From an uncultured Aminicenantes bacterium (lineage in GTDB: Bacteria > Acidobacteriota > Aminicenantia > UBA2199): a stretch of 64,000 nt of DNA. The stretch's first letter is position 1. Each line of letters starts with the position of its first letter. Positions 8,642-17,929 of the stretch are shown here, piece by piece. The position numbers and the translations under genes were made by a program. Below the pieces are notes generated by a model. That model was not told where the DNA came from and ran no database searches. It was given only the letters and a program-made list of their open reading frames with translations. The stretch is from contig CBDAFS010000014.1 in the NCBI GenBank assembly GCA_965195285.1, positions 32,716 through 96,715 on the forward strand. Direction: 5' to 3'.

Positions 8642-10585
8642 ATGAAAAAAACTATCTGGCTGGCCCTGTTCTTAATTTCCGGACTGATTTTCGGAGAGCA
8701 TATCCCCAAAGCCAAAGCCATCCAAATGCTTCAGCAGGTAAGCAGCCAAGACTTTCCCCGGAGTGAGGCTGTTTTCATCAGCAACAAAATCATCAATCTG
8801 GATAAACATTGCCTGGGTGATATCGAAGAAGAAAACTACCGGAAAATTCTGACCGATAAGGCCCGCAAAGACAATTCGGTTCAGTTTGGATACAATACGC
8901 ATTATCATCAAATTGAAGTCAAGTCCATTGAAATTATCAAAGCAGACGGAACCGTCATCCCCTTCGAGCCCGGGAAAATCCTGAAAGAAAAGGACAATAC
9001 GTTCACGGGAGGACTGAACATATATTCGAATTTATCCAAAATAAAGATCGGTGAATTGCCTGATGTACAGATCGGGGATATCATCTATACCCGGCATATC
9101 ATGACCAGAAAAAGGGCCTTCATGGAGAATCACTTCTTTGATTTCTTAGCCATTGAAGATGATGCAGCCTATCTAAACAAATTCAAAAAAATCACCCTCC
9201 CATCCAGCCTCCCGCTGTATGTTCATGACCTGAACAATCAGGGTTTAACATACGATTATCAGCGGGACGAAGCGGGTAATCAAGTGATTCATCAATGGAA
9301 TGTGGCCAAAATCCCCGTTATTGTCCCTGAGCCCCATATCGAATTCTATACCCTTTATGCCCATCATATCATCCTGACCACGGTAAAATCCTGGGAGGAG
9401 ATATCACGCTGGTATTACGGAGTAATAAAACCACACCTGAAAATCAATAAAGCCATGAGAACCAAGGTCAGGCAATTGATCAAGGGGGCCAAGTCCCGCC
9501 GGGAAAAGTTATCCCGAATTTTCTACTGGATTGCCAACCGGATCAGATACCTGGGGGTGGACCGGGAAAAATACCTCCCCGGACTGGAACCCCATGATGT
9601 TGCCTACACCTTTGAAACCAGGGGGGGGGTCTGCCGGGACAAAGCCGCACTGCTAACCGCCATGTTCAGAATCGCCGGGATTCGATCCGATGTGATTCTG
9701 ATTTCCGCGGGCAGCCGACTGAATTTCAAGGCACCGGTTCTCTGGTTTAACCATGCCATCACCGTATCCTACGATGAAAACGGCAATCCCGAATTTATCT
9801 TTGACCCCACCAATGAAAACACCCGGGATTTTTTACCTCAATACATGGAGGATAATTCCTATCTGATCGCCACTGTCAAAGGGGATACCCTGCGGTTAAC
9901 CCCGGTCTCTCCGCCTGAAAAGAACAACTCCACTCTGAATATTGTTCTGAAACGGGGCCAGACCGATGAAGTAACCGGCAGTATGGAATTTCTTTTTTCC
10001 GGATTCGCCGATACGGTTCTCAGAAATCATTTTGCCAATTTGACTCCTTATGAAATTGAAAACACCATTTCTTCAGTCGTCAGGCTACTCCATCCCCATA
10101 CCCGGGTCATGGATTTTCAGTATTCCGATTACCAGGATAAAACCCGGAACATGAGGATTCTCACCCGGATTAAAATCCCTGGTTATGTCGCTTCCATAAA
10201 CCAAAAAATCTTTATCCCCTTTGATGCGGTTAAACTGAAGATGCACATGCTCTATCATTATATCATGGGTCCCTTTAACCAGAGCAGCCGGAAGTATGAT
10301 TTCAAAATGGAGGGGGCCTTCAGCCTGGACACCCGATTTGAAATTGATTTTACCCGGAACCTGGAATCACCCTCCTTCCCGGCCATCAAAACCATAAACT
10401 TTCTGGGTTTCAAAACCCGTTTAATCTCATTATCAGAGGAGGGACGGCTGAAAATCGAATACCATTTCGAGACCGGGAAAATACATTTTCGGAAAGAGGA
10501 TTTCCTATCCATCAAGGAAACCATCACTGAATTGTTTAAAAACGATGATTTGTATATCATTGCCAATTCAGGGAGCCGGGAATGA
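8642..10585 (+). CDS. secreted DUF3857 + transglutaminase-like domain protein (Cys-His-Asp intact)
   Basis: Signal peptide; IRYLG, RGGVCRDKAALL, FNHAI, FDPT. Confidence 0.85.
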   Translation: MKKTIWLALFLISGLIFGEHIPKAKAIQMLQQVSSQDFPRSEAVFISNKIINLDKHCLGDIEEENYRKILTDKARKDNSVQFGYNTHYHQIEVKSIEIIKADGTVIPFEPGKILKEKDNTFTGGLNIYSNLSKIKIGELPDVQIGDIIYTRHIMTRKRAFMENHFFDFLAIEDDAAYLNKFKKITLPSSLPLYVHDLNNQGLTYDYQRDEAGNQVIHQWNVAKIPVIVPEPHIEFYTLYAHHIILTTVKSWEEISRWYYGVIKPHLKINKAMRTKVRQLIKGAKSRREKLSRIFYWIANRIRYLGVDREKYLPGLEPHDVAYTFETRGGVCRDKAALLTAMFRIAGIRSDVILISAGSRLNFKAPVLWFNHAITVSYDENGNPEFIFDPTNENTRDFLPQYMEDNSYLIATVKGDTLRLTPVSPPEKNNSTLNIVLKRGQTDEVTGSMEFLFSGFADTVLRNHFANLTPYEIENTISSVVRLLHPHTRVMDFQYSDYQDKTRNMRILTRIKIPGYVASINQKIFIPFDAVKLKMHMLYHYIMGPFNQSSRKYDFKMEGAFSLDTRFEIDFTRNLESPSFPAIKTINFLGFKTRLISLSEEGRLKIEYHFETGKIHFRKEDFLSIKETITELFKNDDLYIIANSGSRE

Positions 10586-12465
10586 CCACAAAGATATCCT
10601 GTTTCGGCATATTGGTTTGTCTTCTGCTTATTATCAGCCTTCAGCTCTATCCCGATTCGGCCAACATCGATGCCCTCATAAGGGATGTGCCGGGCCCGGA
10701 AACATTTACAAATGCCTCTGCAATCAATGTGTACACCCGGGTTGAATTGAATATCAATCCGGATTACCGCTTTGAAAAACATGTTTTTCATATAAAAAAA
10801 ATCCTCACCTATAAGGGGAAAAAACAATATTCGGATATCAAACTGGCCTACAATGCCGACTTTGAAAAAATAAAGTTGGGAAATTGTTTCGCCATTGACC
10901 CAAAGGGCCACCGGATAACGGTACCCGAAAACCAAATCAGTGATTTGACCATGCAGGGGTCCATCATGAATCCCCTGATCAATTTTAGGGAAACGATTAT
11001 CAACTTCCCCCGGATTGAACCGGGTTACTTCATTGTGGTGGAGTACACCCTCCATAATAACCGGAAAGAACCGGTCAATGGCATTGAACACTTCCGGGAC
11101 TCAAATCCGAACATGTATAAAAAATTTTGCATTAAATATCCGGCCCGATTCAGATTAAATACCCACTTTGACCCGAAACAGCTGGTGTTTACCCGAAAGG
11201 AACTGGGATCAACCAGCCTTCTCAGCTGGGAGGTCCGGAACACAAAAATCATAAAAAACGAAAACAACACCCCGATTCACCTCATATCCGGAATACCACT
11301 GGTCTATTCGTTCTACCGGGACTGGCAGGAAGTGGCCCGGGCAAAATTGTCCAAAATTGTGAATGTCCGGATCGATGACCCCATCAAAAAATTAGCTCTC
11401 CAGCTAACCACCAATGCCAAAACCGACCCGGAAAAAGTACAGGCCATATATGAATATCTGTCAAACAATTTCAACTATCAAATGGTGATCATGAGTCAAT
11501 TGAATTTTCAACCCCGGGCACTGACAGATATCATCAAAGACAAAAAGGGATCGATGAGGGATTTTTCTGCCCTGTTCTATGCTCTGCTGAAATCCGCGGG
11601 CATTAAGCAGGTATACCCGGCACTCACACTGTATGGTCATCAGCGCTTCACGGAAATCCAGAAAAAAATGGCCATCGATGATTTTATGGAAAGGATCTGT
11701 GTTTACTGGAATAACCGGTTGTTTCACCCGGGCCGGAGTGATATCCCCTTTGGCTTTTGCCTTGATGAAGCCAATGTGATCATTGGAAATGAAAAGTACG
11801 AAATGATCGGTTTTAGAAGCCCCAACCGGTTTCTGGAGAACATCACTTACCACTATGAAGTAACTGAAACATCCGCCCTGGTGAGCGCCCGCTTTATTCT
11901 GGCCGATCTCCGGAATCAGCAATTCAGGGGGATATTCAAAGATCAGCCCCAGGTTCGCCGACAAATCATGTTCGATCGCATGCTGGATGAGAAATCCGCC
12001 CGTTTGGTAGAGGGTCCGAATTTTAAGAATTTCGACAAAATCGATGAAGACTTAGTGATGGAATTCAAACTGAAATATCCTGATTTTCTGGTCCAACAGG
12101 ACCCCTATTTCTATTTTAAGATTTTCCCACCCGTACAGTATGTGGATGTTTCCCTTAGCGAGAGAGCAAACGATTATCAGCTCTTTACCAGACGGTTTTC
12201 CCGTGAAGCATTCACCATCAACCTGGATAAAAAATTGAAATTTGTCAATCCAATAAAATCCCAGCGCTTTGAATTTCCCATCGGAGACCGGGTGGCATAT
12301 TTTTACCTGGACTCCCGGGAACATGAGGGCCGGATACAATTATTCCGGGAAATATACATTCCCGAGGGCATTATCAACCGGGAGAATTATCCGGAATTCA
12401 GGGCATTCATTTTAAAAATTATGAACCCGGTCAATAATATGATATTTATGGAAAAAACCGACTGA
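10582..12465 (+). CDS. secreted DUF3857/transglutaminase-like paralog, catalytic Cys absent
   Basis: Signal peptide; similar architecture; KKGSMRDFSALF at the GxCxD position; ATGA overlap with the upstream gene. Confidence 0.75.
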   Translation: MTTKISCFGILVCLLLIISLQLYPDSANIDALIRDVPGPETFTNASAINVYTRVELNINPDYRFEKHVFHIKKILTYKGKKQYSDIKLAYNADFEKIKLGNCFAIDPKGHRITVPENQISDLTMQGSIMNPLINFRETIINFPRIEPGYFIVVEYTLHNNRKEPVNGIEHFRDSNPNMYKKFCIKYPARFRLNTHFDPKQLVFTRKELGSTSLLSWEVRNTKIIKNENNTPIHLISGIPLVYSFYRDWQEVARAKLSKIVNVRIDDPIKKLALQLTTNAKTDPEKVQAIYEYLSNNFNYQMVIMSQLNFQPRALTDIIKDKKGSMRDFSALFYALLKSAGIKQVYPALTLYGHQRFTEIQKKMAIDDFMERICVYWNNRLFHPGRSDIPFGFCLDEANVIIGNEKYEMIGFRSPNRFLENITYHYEVTETSALVSARFILADLRNQQFRGIFKDQPQVRRQIMFDRMLDEKSARLVEGPNFKNFDKIDEDLVMEFKLKYPDFLVQQDPYFYFKIFPPVQYVDVSLSERANDYQLFTRRFSREAFTINLDKKLKFVNPIKSQRFEFPIGDRVAYFYLDSREHEGRIQLFREIYIPEGIINRENYPEFRAFILKIMNPVNNMIFMEKTD

Positions 12466-12503
12466 AATCCATATCAACAGGTTTCCGCAACTCCCTTCCA
12501 CGG

Positions 12504-13115
12504 TTACCTGATATCTAAAATATGCTGGAGTTGAATACCCAGTCGGACACCGGGAATGGACGCTTTCTGACATTGATTATACAATGCCAGTGTGTCCTGA
12601 TATTTGTTGGGATTGAAAAAATCAGGCTGCAGGAATATCGGGAAGTCCGTCCTGATAGCCCGAATACGTTCGAGTACATCCAGGGTCAGGTTTTGGTTGA
12701 CAATGCATTTGACTTCATCAATCTTTTCATGCAAATCAGCGGCAATATAAAAATCAGCAATATCCTTGGGAGAAACGGTCCACCAGTCGATATCCAGGGA
12801 CTGGAAATAAATCCCATTGGTCTCAATGGACAGGAAGAATTTTTTTTGCTTCAAACGGCTTACCATTTCACCCAGATCCTGTTCCAGGGGCTCGCCTCCG
12901 GTAAGGACTACCTGGGATTGAGGGTACATCTTTTTATATTTTTCGATTTCCAGAACGATTTGTTCAACCTTCATTTTAGTCCCGGTCACCCAGGAATCCC
13001 GGGTATCGCAATAGGGACATTGAAGAGTACAGCCGGTGGTCCTGACAAAAATGGTTGGATATCCGGATCTCAATCCCTCTCCCTGAACCGACCAGAAGAT
13101 CTCATGAATGTGCAT
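12504..13115 (-). CDS. queE: 7-carboxy-7-deazaguanine synthase (radical SAM)
   Basis: EIFWSVQGEG, GCTLQCPYCDT, LTGGEP, IETNG, VSPK; start taken at ATG 13115 after GGGGATGAG. Confidence 0.93.
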   Translation of the reverse strand: MHIHEIFWSVQGEGLRSGYPTIFVRTTGCTLQCPYCDTRDSWVTGTKMKVEQIVLEIEKYKKMYPQSQVVLTGGEPLEQDLGEMVSRLKQKKFFLSIETNGIYFQSLDIDWWTVSPKDIADFYIAADLHEKIDEVKCIVNQNLTLDVLERIRAIRTDFPIFLQPDFFNPNKYQDTLALYNQCQKASIPGVRLGIQLQHILDIR

Positions 13116-13132
13116 CTCATCCCCAAGTGGAG

Positions 13133-13477
13133 TTACTTTCCCGAATAACTGGCCGCTGCATCCTCTGATTCCCACACGATCACTCTGATAACGGGATAGG
13201 TCCTTTTGAGCTCGTTAAAAAAATACCGGGCCAGGTTTTCAGCGGAAGGCGAAAAATCATACCTGTCATTTAAAACCTGGTGATCGGGTAAAATGGATTT
13301 CAGGACCTGTTTTATATGCTTGAAATCTATGGAAATCCCCGATTGATCCAGATCCCGGGTCTCAATATGTACTTCTACCTGAAAAGTATGGCCGTGCATC
13401 TTCTCGCAATCGCCCCGGTAGTTTTCCAAAAAATGGGCAGCCGAAAACTTTTGTTTGATGATCAATTCCCAACTCAT
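13133..13477 (-). CDS. queD: 6-carboxy-5,6,7,8-tetrahydropterin synthase
   Basis: FSAAHFL..Y.GDCEKMHGHTF, PSAENLA, VWES. Confidence 0.93.
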   Translation of the reverse strand: MSWELIIKQKFSAAHFLENYRGDCEKMHGHTFQVEVHIETRDLDQSGISIDFKHIKQVLKSILPDHQVLNDRYDFSPSAENLARYFFNELKRTYPVIRVIVWESEDAAASYSGK

Positions 13478-14172
13478 AATTTTCCCTCTTTCTCAAGTCT
13501 CAGAATCAGGGGATCCGGAATATCCAGCTGTTTGAAGGCATCCATCCGGATCTCACAGGAGGGACACTTCAGACAGGGGACTTCCTTTCCCCGGTAGCAG
13601 GAAACCGAAAAAGAATAATCGGCTCCCCGTTTCATTCCCCACTCGATAATTTCAGGCTTGGTTTTATCCATCAGTGGGGCATGAAGTATGAAGGACTTAC
13701 CAATAACCGCTGCCGAAGTGCCCTGATTGATGGCCTGCTCCATTTTATCAACAAATTTCCCGGTGGTATCCGGATAATCCGGTGAGTCGATGACATTAAA
13801 GCCGGTGATAATATTGGATATCTCCCGGGATTCGGCATAAGCCGCCGCCATCGAGAGCATAATGCCGTTGCGAAAGGGAACATAGGTAAAGGGAATTCCC
13901 CGCTCATTTCTGGACAGGGATAACGAATCCGGAATATCCCTGGTCTCATCGGTCAGGGCTGAACTGACCAGTTCGTTCAGGGGCAGTTCAATGATCCGAA
14001 AAGGAATTCCCATGCCAACGGCTATTTTTTCTGCCATGAGGACTTCGATGACATGCCGCTGACCGTAATTGAAAATCAGGGTTTCCACCCGGCTGAAGTG
14101 TTTTATCCCCCAGTACAGAGCAGTGGTGGAATCAATCCCACCGGAAAACAATAAAACCGCAGGGTTTTTCAT
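13474..14172 (-). CDS. queC: 7-cyano-7-deazaguanine synthase
   Basis: FSGGIDST, YGQRH, TYVPFRNG, YPD, SCY...CLKCPSC. Confidence 0.95.
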   Translation of the reverse strand: MKNPAVLLFSGGIDSTTALYWGIKHFSRVETLIFNYGQRHVIEVLMAEKIAVGMGIPFRIIELPLNELVSSALTDETRDIPDSLSLSRNERGIPFTYVPFRNGIMLSMAAAYAESREISNIITGFNVIDSPDYPDTTGKFVDKMEQAINQGTSAAVIGKSFILHAPLMDKTKPEIIEWGMKRGADYSFSVSCYRGKEVPCLKCPSCEIRMDAFKQLDIPDPLILRLEKEGKL

Positions 14173-14197
14173 CTTCTCCCGGACAAGCCCCTTACGA

Positions 14198-15202
14198 TTA
14201 TTTTATTTCGGACTGATGCAGTTCCCATTCTTCGGTCTCTTCGTTTTCAATCAATTGATAAAGTTTGCCATCATTGATGGAAAAGGGATAGGGTGTCATG
14301 GCCGTTTGAAACACAAAGGGGATAAATATTTTTTTCAAAAAATTCCCATTCCCGTCAAAGATAAAAAATTCAAAGGTATCACCCTGGCGCCGGAAGGTCA
14401 TCGCATAGATAAAATCATCTCGTTGAAAAATGGAAACGATGGCCGGATAAGTATCGGGAAATACCGCCATTCTTTTTAGAACATCAAGATATTGCTTGGT
14501 CCGGGGATTGCTCTCGAGCTCTTTAAAGATTTTCTGTTTATCCGCTTCTCCGAATTTAACCTTACTATAATCCCTTTTTATGACCATCAATTCCTTGGTC
14601 TCCTGGTCATACACCTTGATGACAAAATCTTTTCCATCCACGATATATAGTTTGTTATCAAAGGTCAGGTACTGGAGGGTGGAATTCAAAATCTTGATCA
14701 CATTCTTGGTCGGCTGGGTATCCGACTCCCTCTTCAGGATGGTTTTTAATTTTTTCAAATCAGGTCCATACAGATTGATACTCTCATAACGGGTATTATC
14801 TTCCAGGCTGATGCTCACACCCACGTAATTCTTCCCCAAAGGCTGGTAATTGAAATTAATACCGCCACTGGCCTTGATTTCCTTGATAAATCCCCCCTCC
14901 CGGGTATAGAAGGAGATCTTTCCGAAGCTGTTGATGATCAAATGATCCTGGTGGGGAATGACGATTATAAAACGCAAAAATTCCTTGGGTCCTTCTCCGG
15001 CTTTACCAAATTTTTTTATAAAACGGTAATCCTGGCTTGAGTAAATGTAAACAGTGGTATCTTCGGTGATATAAATCTTATCATCCTCGATTACCATCCG
15101 GCCGGGTTTGAGTATATCGGTGAAAGTAGCCACTTTCCTGGCCTGGATCAAGCCGGAACCCATAACTATAAATACCATCAACAATCCAATTGTTTTCCTC
15201 AT
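14198..15202 (-). CDS. secreted 6-bladed beta-propeller (NHL-like) protein
   Basis: Signal peptide; FGKAGEGPKEF; paralog of 15346-16353. Confidence 0.75.
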   Translation of the reverse strand: MRKTIGLLMVFIVMGSGLIQARKVATFTDILKPGRMVIEDDKIYITEDTTVYIYSSQDYRFIKKFGKAGEGPKEFLRFIIVIPHQDHLIINSFGKISFYTREGGFIKEIKASGGINFNYQPLGKNYVGVSISLEDNTRYESINLYGPDLKKLKTILKRESDTQPTKNVIKILNSTLQYLTFDNKLYIVDGKDFVIKVYDQETKELMVIKRDYSKVKFGEADKQKIFKELESNPRTKQYLDVLKRMAVFPDTYPAIVSIFQRDDFIYAMTFRRQGDTFEFFIFDGNGNFLKKIFIPFVFQTAMTPYPFSINDGKLYQLIENEETEEWELHQSEIK

Positions 15203-15345
15203 GAATCCTCCTGGAATCTAGGTAATGGTTAATTATATATGACCCGGTGTTCAAAATCAATCCATTATATAGGTTGGCTACATAAGAGTCTCATATGTTT
15301 CGTGACTTATTCATTAGGCAGCCCTGTTTTTTTAAATTGGTGGTG

Positions 15346-16353
15346 TTATTCGATGGTTGAGATATGCAGATTCCAGACTTCGTCTTCCAGGTCTTCGATC
15401 AACTGATATAATTTCCCGTTTTTCAACGTGAGCGGATACGGTTCGAGCTCGTTCTTGTAGGCCAGCGGAATCCATTGTTTCTTTAAAAATTTACCGTCCA
15501 TATCATAGATATAAAACTGGTTTTTCTGATTTTCCTTTTTCCAGATCATGACGTAAATTCGGTCATCGATCACAAAAAAGGCCTGCATAGCCGGGTAATA
15601 ATCCGGGAAGGTGACCGGTTTTAGCAGAATTTCGTAGATATCCTTGGTTCTGGCGGAAGTCTTGAGATAGTGAATGACCTTGTCCTTAAAATCCTGGGTG
15701 ACCTTTAATTTCTCGTCCTTCACTTTGATGGTGAACAGCTTTTTCATCTGGGTGTCATATGCATCGATGAAGTTTTCCTGACTTCCGGGAAGCAGGATTT
15801 TATTTTCATATCCCTGAAAAATGAATGGTTTCTGAAGCACCCGTATTCCCTTTCCCGGCCCCTTCAGGCCGCTGTCCGCCCGGTAGATCTCTTTGATTTT
15901 TTTCAGGTTCGCGTCAAACAGATTGACTGTGTTGAAAAGGGCATTTTGTTCGAAAGACTGGCCCATGCCCAGAAATTGATCTCCCAAAGGTTGAAAATTA
16001 AAAAAATTGGGCATGGCTCTGATTTCTTTTAAAAATTCACCACTTTTACTGAAGTAAGATACTTTACCCAGGCTGTTAATGATAATTTTATTGGTGGAAA
16101 CGTCAAGGGAAACCGGAACCCGGTGGTGCAGGGCAAATTCCTGAGGGCCCTGACCCTGCTTGCCGAATTTTTTCAACAGGCTGAAATCCTTTAGCGAATA
16201 GATGAAAATAGATGCGCCCTCGGTGACATAGAGCTGGTTCTCATCCACGGAGATGGTTACGGGTTTCATGACCTCGGTCAGGGTGGTTACCTTGGAGGGG
16301 TACAGAAAAAGGGTTACCATCAGGATCAACAATAATAGTATTATTTTTTTCAT
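15346..16353 (-). CDS. secreted 6-bladed beta-propeller (NHL-like) protein
   Basis: Signal peptide; FGKQGQGPQEF; shares INSxGKxSxY, FPDxYPA and GKLYQLIE with its neighbour. Confidence 0.75.
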   Translation of the reverse strand: MKKIILLLLILMVTLFLYPSKVTTLTEVMKPVTISVDENQLYVTEGASIFIYSLKDFSLLKKFGKQGQGPQEFALHHRVPVSLDVSTNKIIINSLGKVSYFSKSGEFLKEIRAMPNFFNFQPLGDQFLGMGQSFEQNALFNTVNLFDANLKKIKEIYRADSGLKGPGKGIRVLQKPFIFQGYENKILLPGSQENFIDAYDTQMKKLFTIKVKDEKLKVTQDFKDKVIHYLKTSARTKDIYEILLKPVTFPDYYPAMQAFFVIDDRIYVMIWKKENQKNQFYIYDMDGKFLKKQWIPLAYKNELEPYPLTLKNGKLYQLIEDLEDEVWNLHISTIE

Positions 16354-16391
16354 ATTCTTACTCCTTTAATAAAAACGGGGAAAACTGTTTC

Positions 16392-16703
16392 TTATACGAC
16401 CACTGCTGTGCCGTAAACCAGTATTTCGGCGGCACTCTGCATAACATAAGATGTGGAAAAGCGGATGTTCACAATGGCATTGGCGCCCAGGTCTTCGGCT
16501 TCCTCGATCATACGGTCCAGCGCCTGTTCCCGGGCCTCGGCCATCATTTTGGTGTATTCGGAGATTTCCCCGCCCACAAAATTTTTAAACCCGGCCATGA
16601 TATCCTTTCCAAAATGTCTGGCCCGGATGGTATTACCCTTGACCAGTCCCAAAATCTTCTTGATGTCTTTTCCCGGTATGCAATCGATGTTAACCATAAT
16701 CAT
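16392..16703 (-). CDS. YbjQ/UPF0145 family protein
   Basis: LGLVKGNTIRARHFGKDIMAGFKNFVGGEISEY...LGANAIVNIRF...EILVYGTAV; ATG 16703 overlaps the anti-sigma stop (the longer ORF-track start is spurious). Confidence 0.9.
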   Translation of the reverse strand: MIMVNIDCIPGKDIKKILGLVKGNTIRARHFGKDIMAGFKNFVGGEISEYTKMMAEAREQALDRMIEEAEDLGANAIVNIRFSTSYVMQSAAEILVYGTAVVV

Positions 16704-17146
16704 TTTTCGACCTCCTTGTATCGTTCTCTTTTTCTGAAAAACAGCTGTTCTCTCAGGATTGAGACAAAAACAATAATCCCACCGGCCCCGAAAATCAATA
16801 CCCCGATCTTCAAGATCAAGGGGGTTTCGGGATTGAGGATCAGGTTTTTTATGGCCGGATAGGCTCCGATGCCGATTAAAATAATCAGGCCGATGGAGAG
16901 CACGATCCAGCCAATTTTTCTTTCCAGGCGGTTGTAAACCGATGACCAGTAAGCCTCCCAGATATCCTTGGATGGTTTTTTCAATTTCATTTGGTTCAAT
17001 ACCTCCTCCAATTGGTTTAATTCTTCGAATTCCTGCTGGCATTCCCGGCAATCCGACAGGTGGTTTTCAACCAGTTCGGTTTGCTTGTCATTCAGTAGGC
17101 CATCAAGATATGAAGAAACCAGTTTTTTTATCTCTTGATGTTTCAT
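16700..17146 (-). CDS. zinc-binding (zf-HC2) membrane anti-sigma factor
   Basis: SSYLDGLL...VENHLSDCRECQ; two TM helices. Confidence 0.88.
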   Translation of the reverse strand: MKHQEIKKLVSSYLDGLLNDKQTELVENHLSDCRECQQEFEELNQLEEVLNQMKLKKPSKDIWEAYWSSVYNRLERKIGWIVLSIGLIILIGIGAYPAIKNLILNPETPLILKIGVLIFGAGGIIVFVSILREQLFFRKRERYKEVEK

Positions 17147-17691
17147 TTTAAAAATTTCTCCATTTTATTTCTTAAGTTTCGCTTGGCATAATGTATCGAT
17201 GACATGACGCTGCCAAGCGGTTTACCCAGCACCTGGGCGATTTCCGCATAACTGAACCCCTGAAAATAGCGCAGGATTAAAACTTCTTTTTGAGCCAGGG
17301 GCAGTTTGTCAATCCCTTTCCAGACTTGAATCTTGATGTCCTGGCTGCATCCGGGGTTGCTGGGAAGGTTGATATTCTCCAGAGGTACCTAGTTTTTATT
17401 CCGGATTTTCTTGAGCCAGTCCAGGCAAAGATTTCTGAGGATTTTATAAAACAAGGGAAAAAAACGATTTCCATATTTGAACTTTCTGATATGTTTGAAG
17501 GCCTTGATGAAGGCTTCCTGGGAAATATCCAGGGCATCCGCTTCTGACTTTACAAAGCCCAGCGCAATATAGTATGCCTTTTTCATATACTGTTTCACAA
17601 TGGTGGAATAGGCTTCCGTATCGCCGTTTTTTACCGCTTCGATACAGTGTTGTTCGATGATCAACTGGTTTTCGGTTTCACCGTCTTTCAT
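17143..17691 (-). pseudogene. ECF sigma factor with one in-frame TAG at 17389-17391 (pseudogene, readthrough or sequence error)
   Basis: Region 2 (DALDISQEAFIKAF...LYKILRNLCLDWL), then TAG, then in the same frame region 4 (IDKLPLAQKEVLILRYFQGFSYAEIAQVLGKPLGSVMSSIHYAKRNLR), ending in an ATGA overlap with the anti-sigma. Confidence 0.85.
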
Positions 17692-17929
17692 ATCAGTATA
17701 CCTGTTGGTTGATGGCTTTATTCAAATCAATTTTATATTGTTTATTTTCAACCAGAAAGGCTGTGATGTCAACCAGGCCGTATCATTTTTAATCGGGTTT
17801 TATGGAAGAGGGCTTTTTTTTTATTGTGGTTGACTGGAAAATTATTTTCATATACTATTTATATGAAGATAAAATAGTTTTCATTCAAATGGTTTTAAAT
17901 TTGAAATCAAGCCAAGAAGGAGAAATATC

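Noticed and set aside
16704-17051. Long N-terminal extension of the YbjQ ORF
   Set aside because: Overlaps the anti-sigma gene in another frame; family similarity starts at Met 16703
17277-17537. 86-aa ORF as a frameshifted second half of the ECF sigma
   Set aside because: Region 4 lies in the original frame after the TAG; this frame has no sigma motifs
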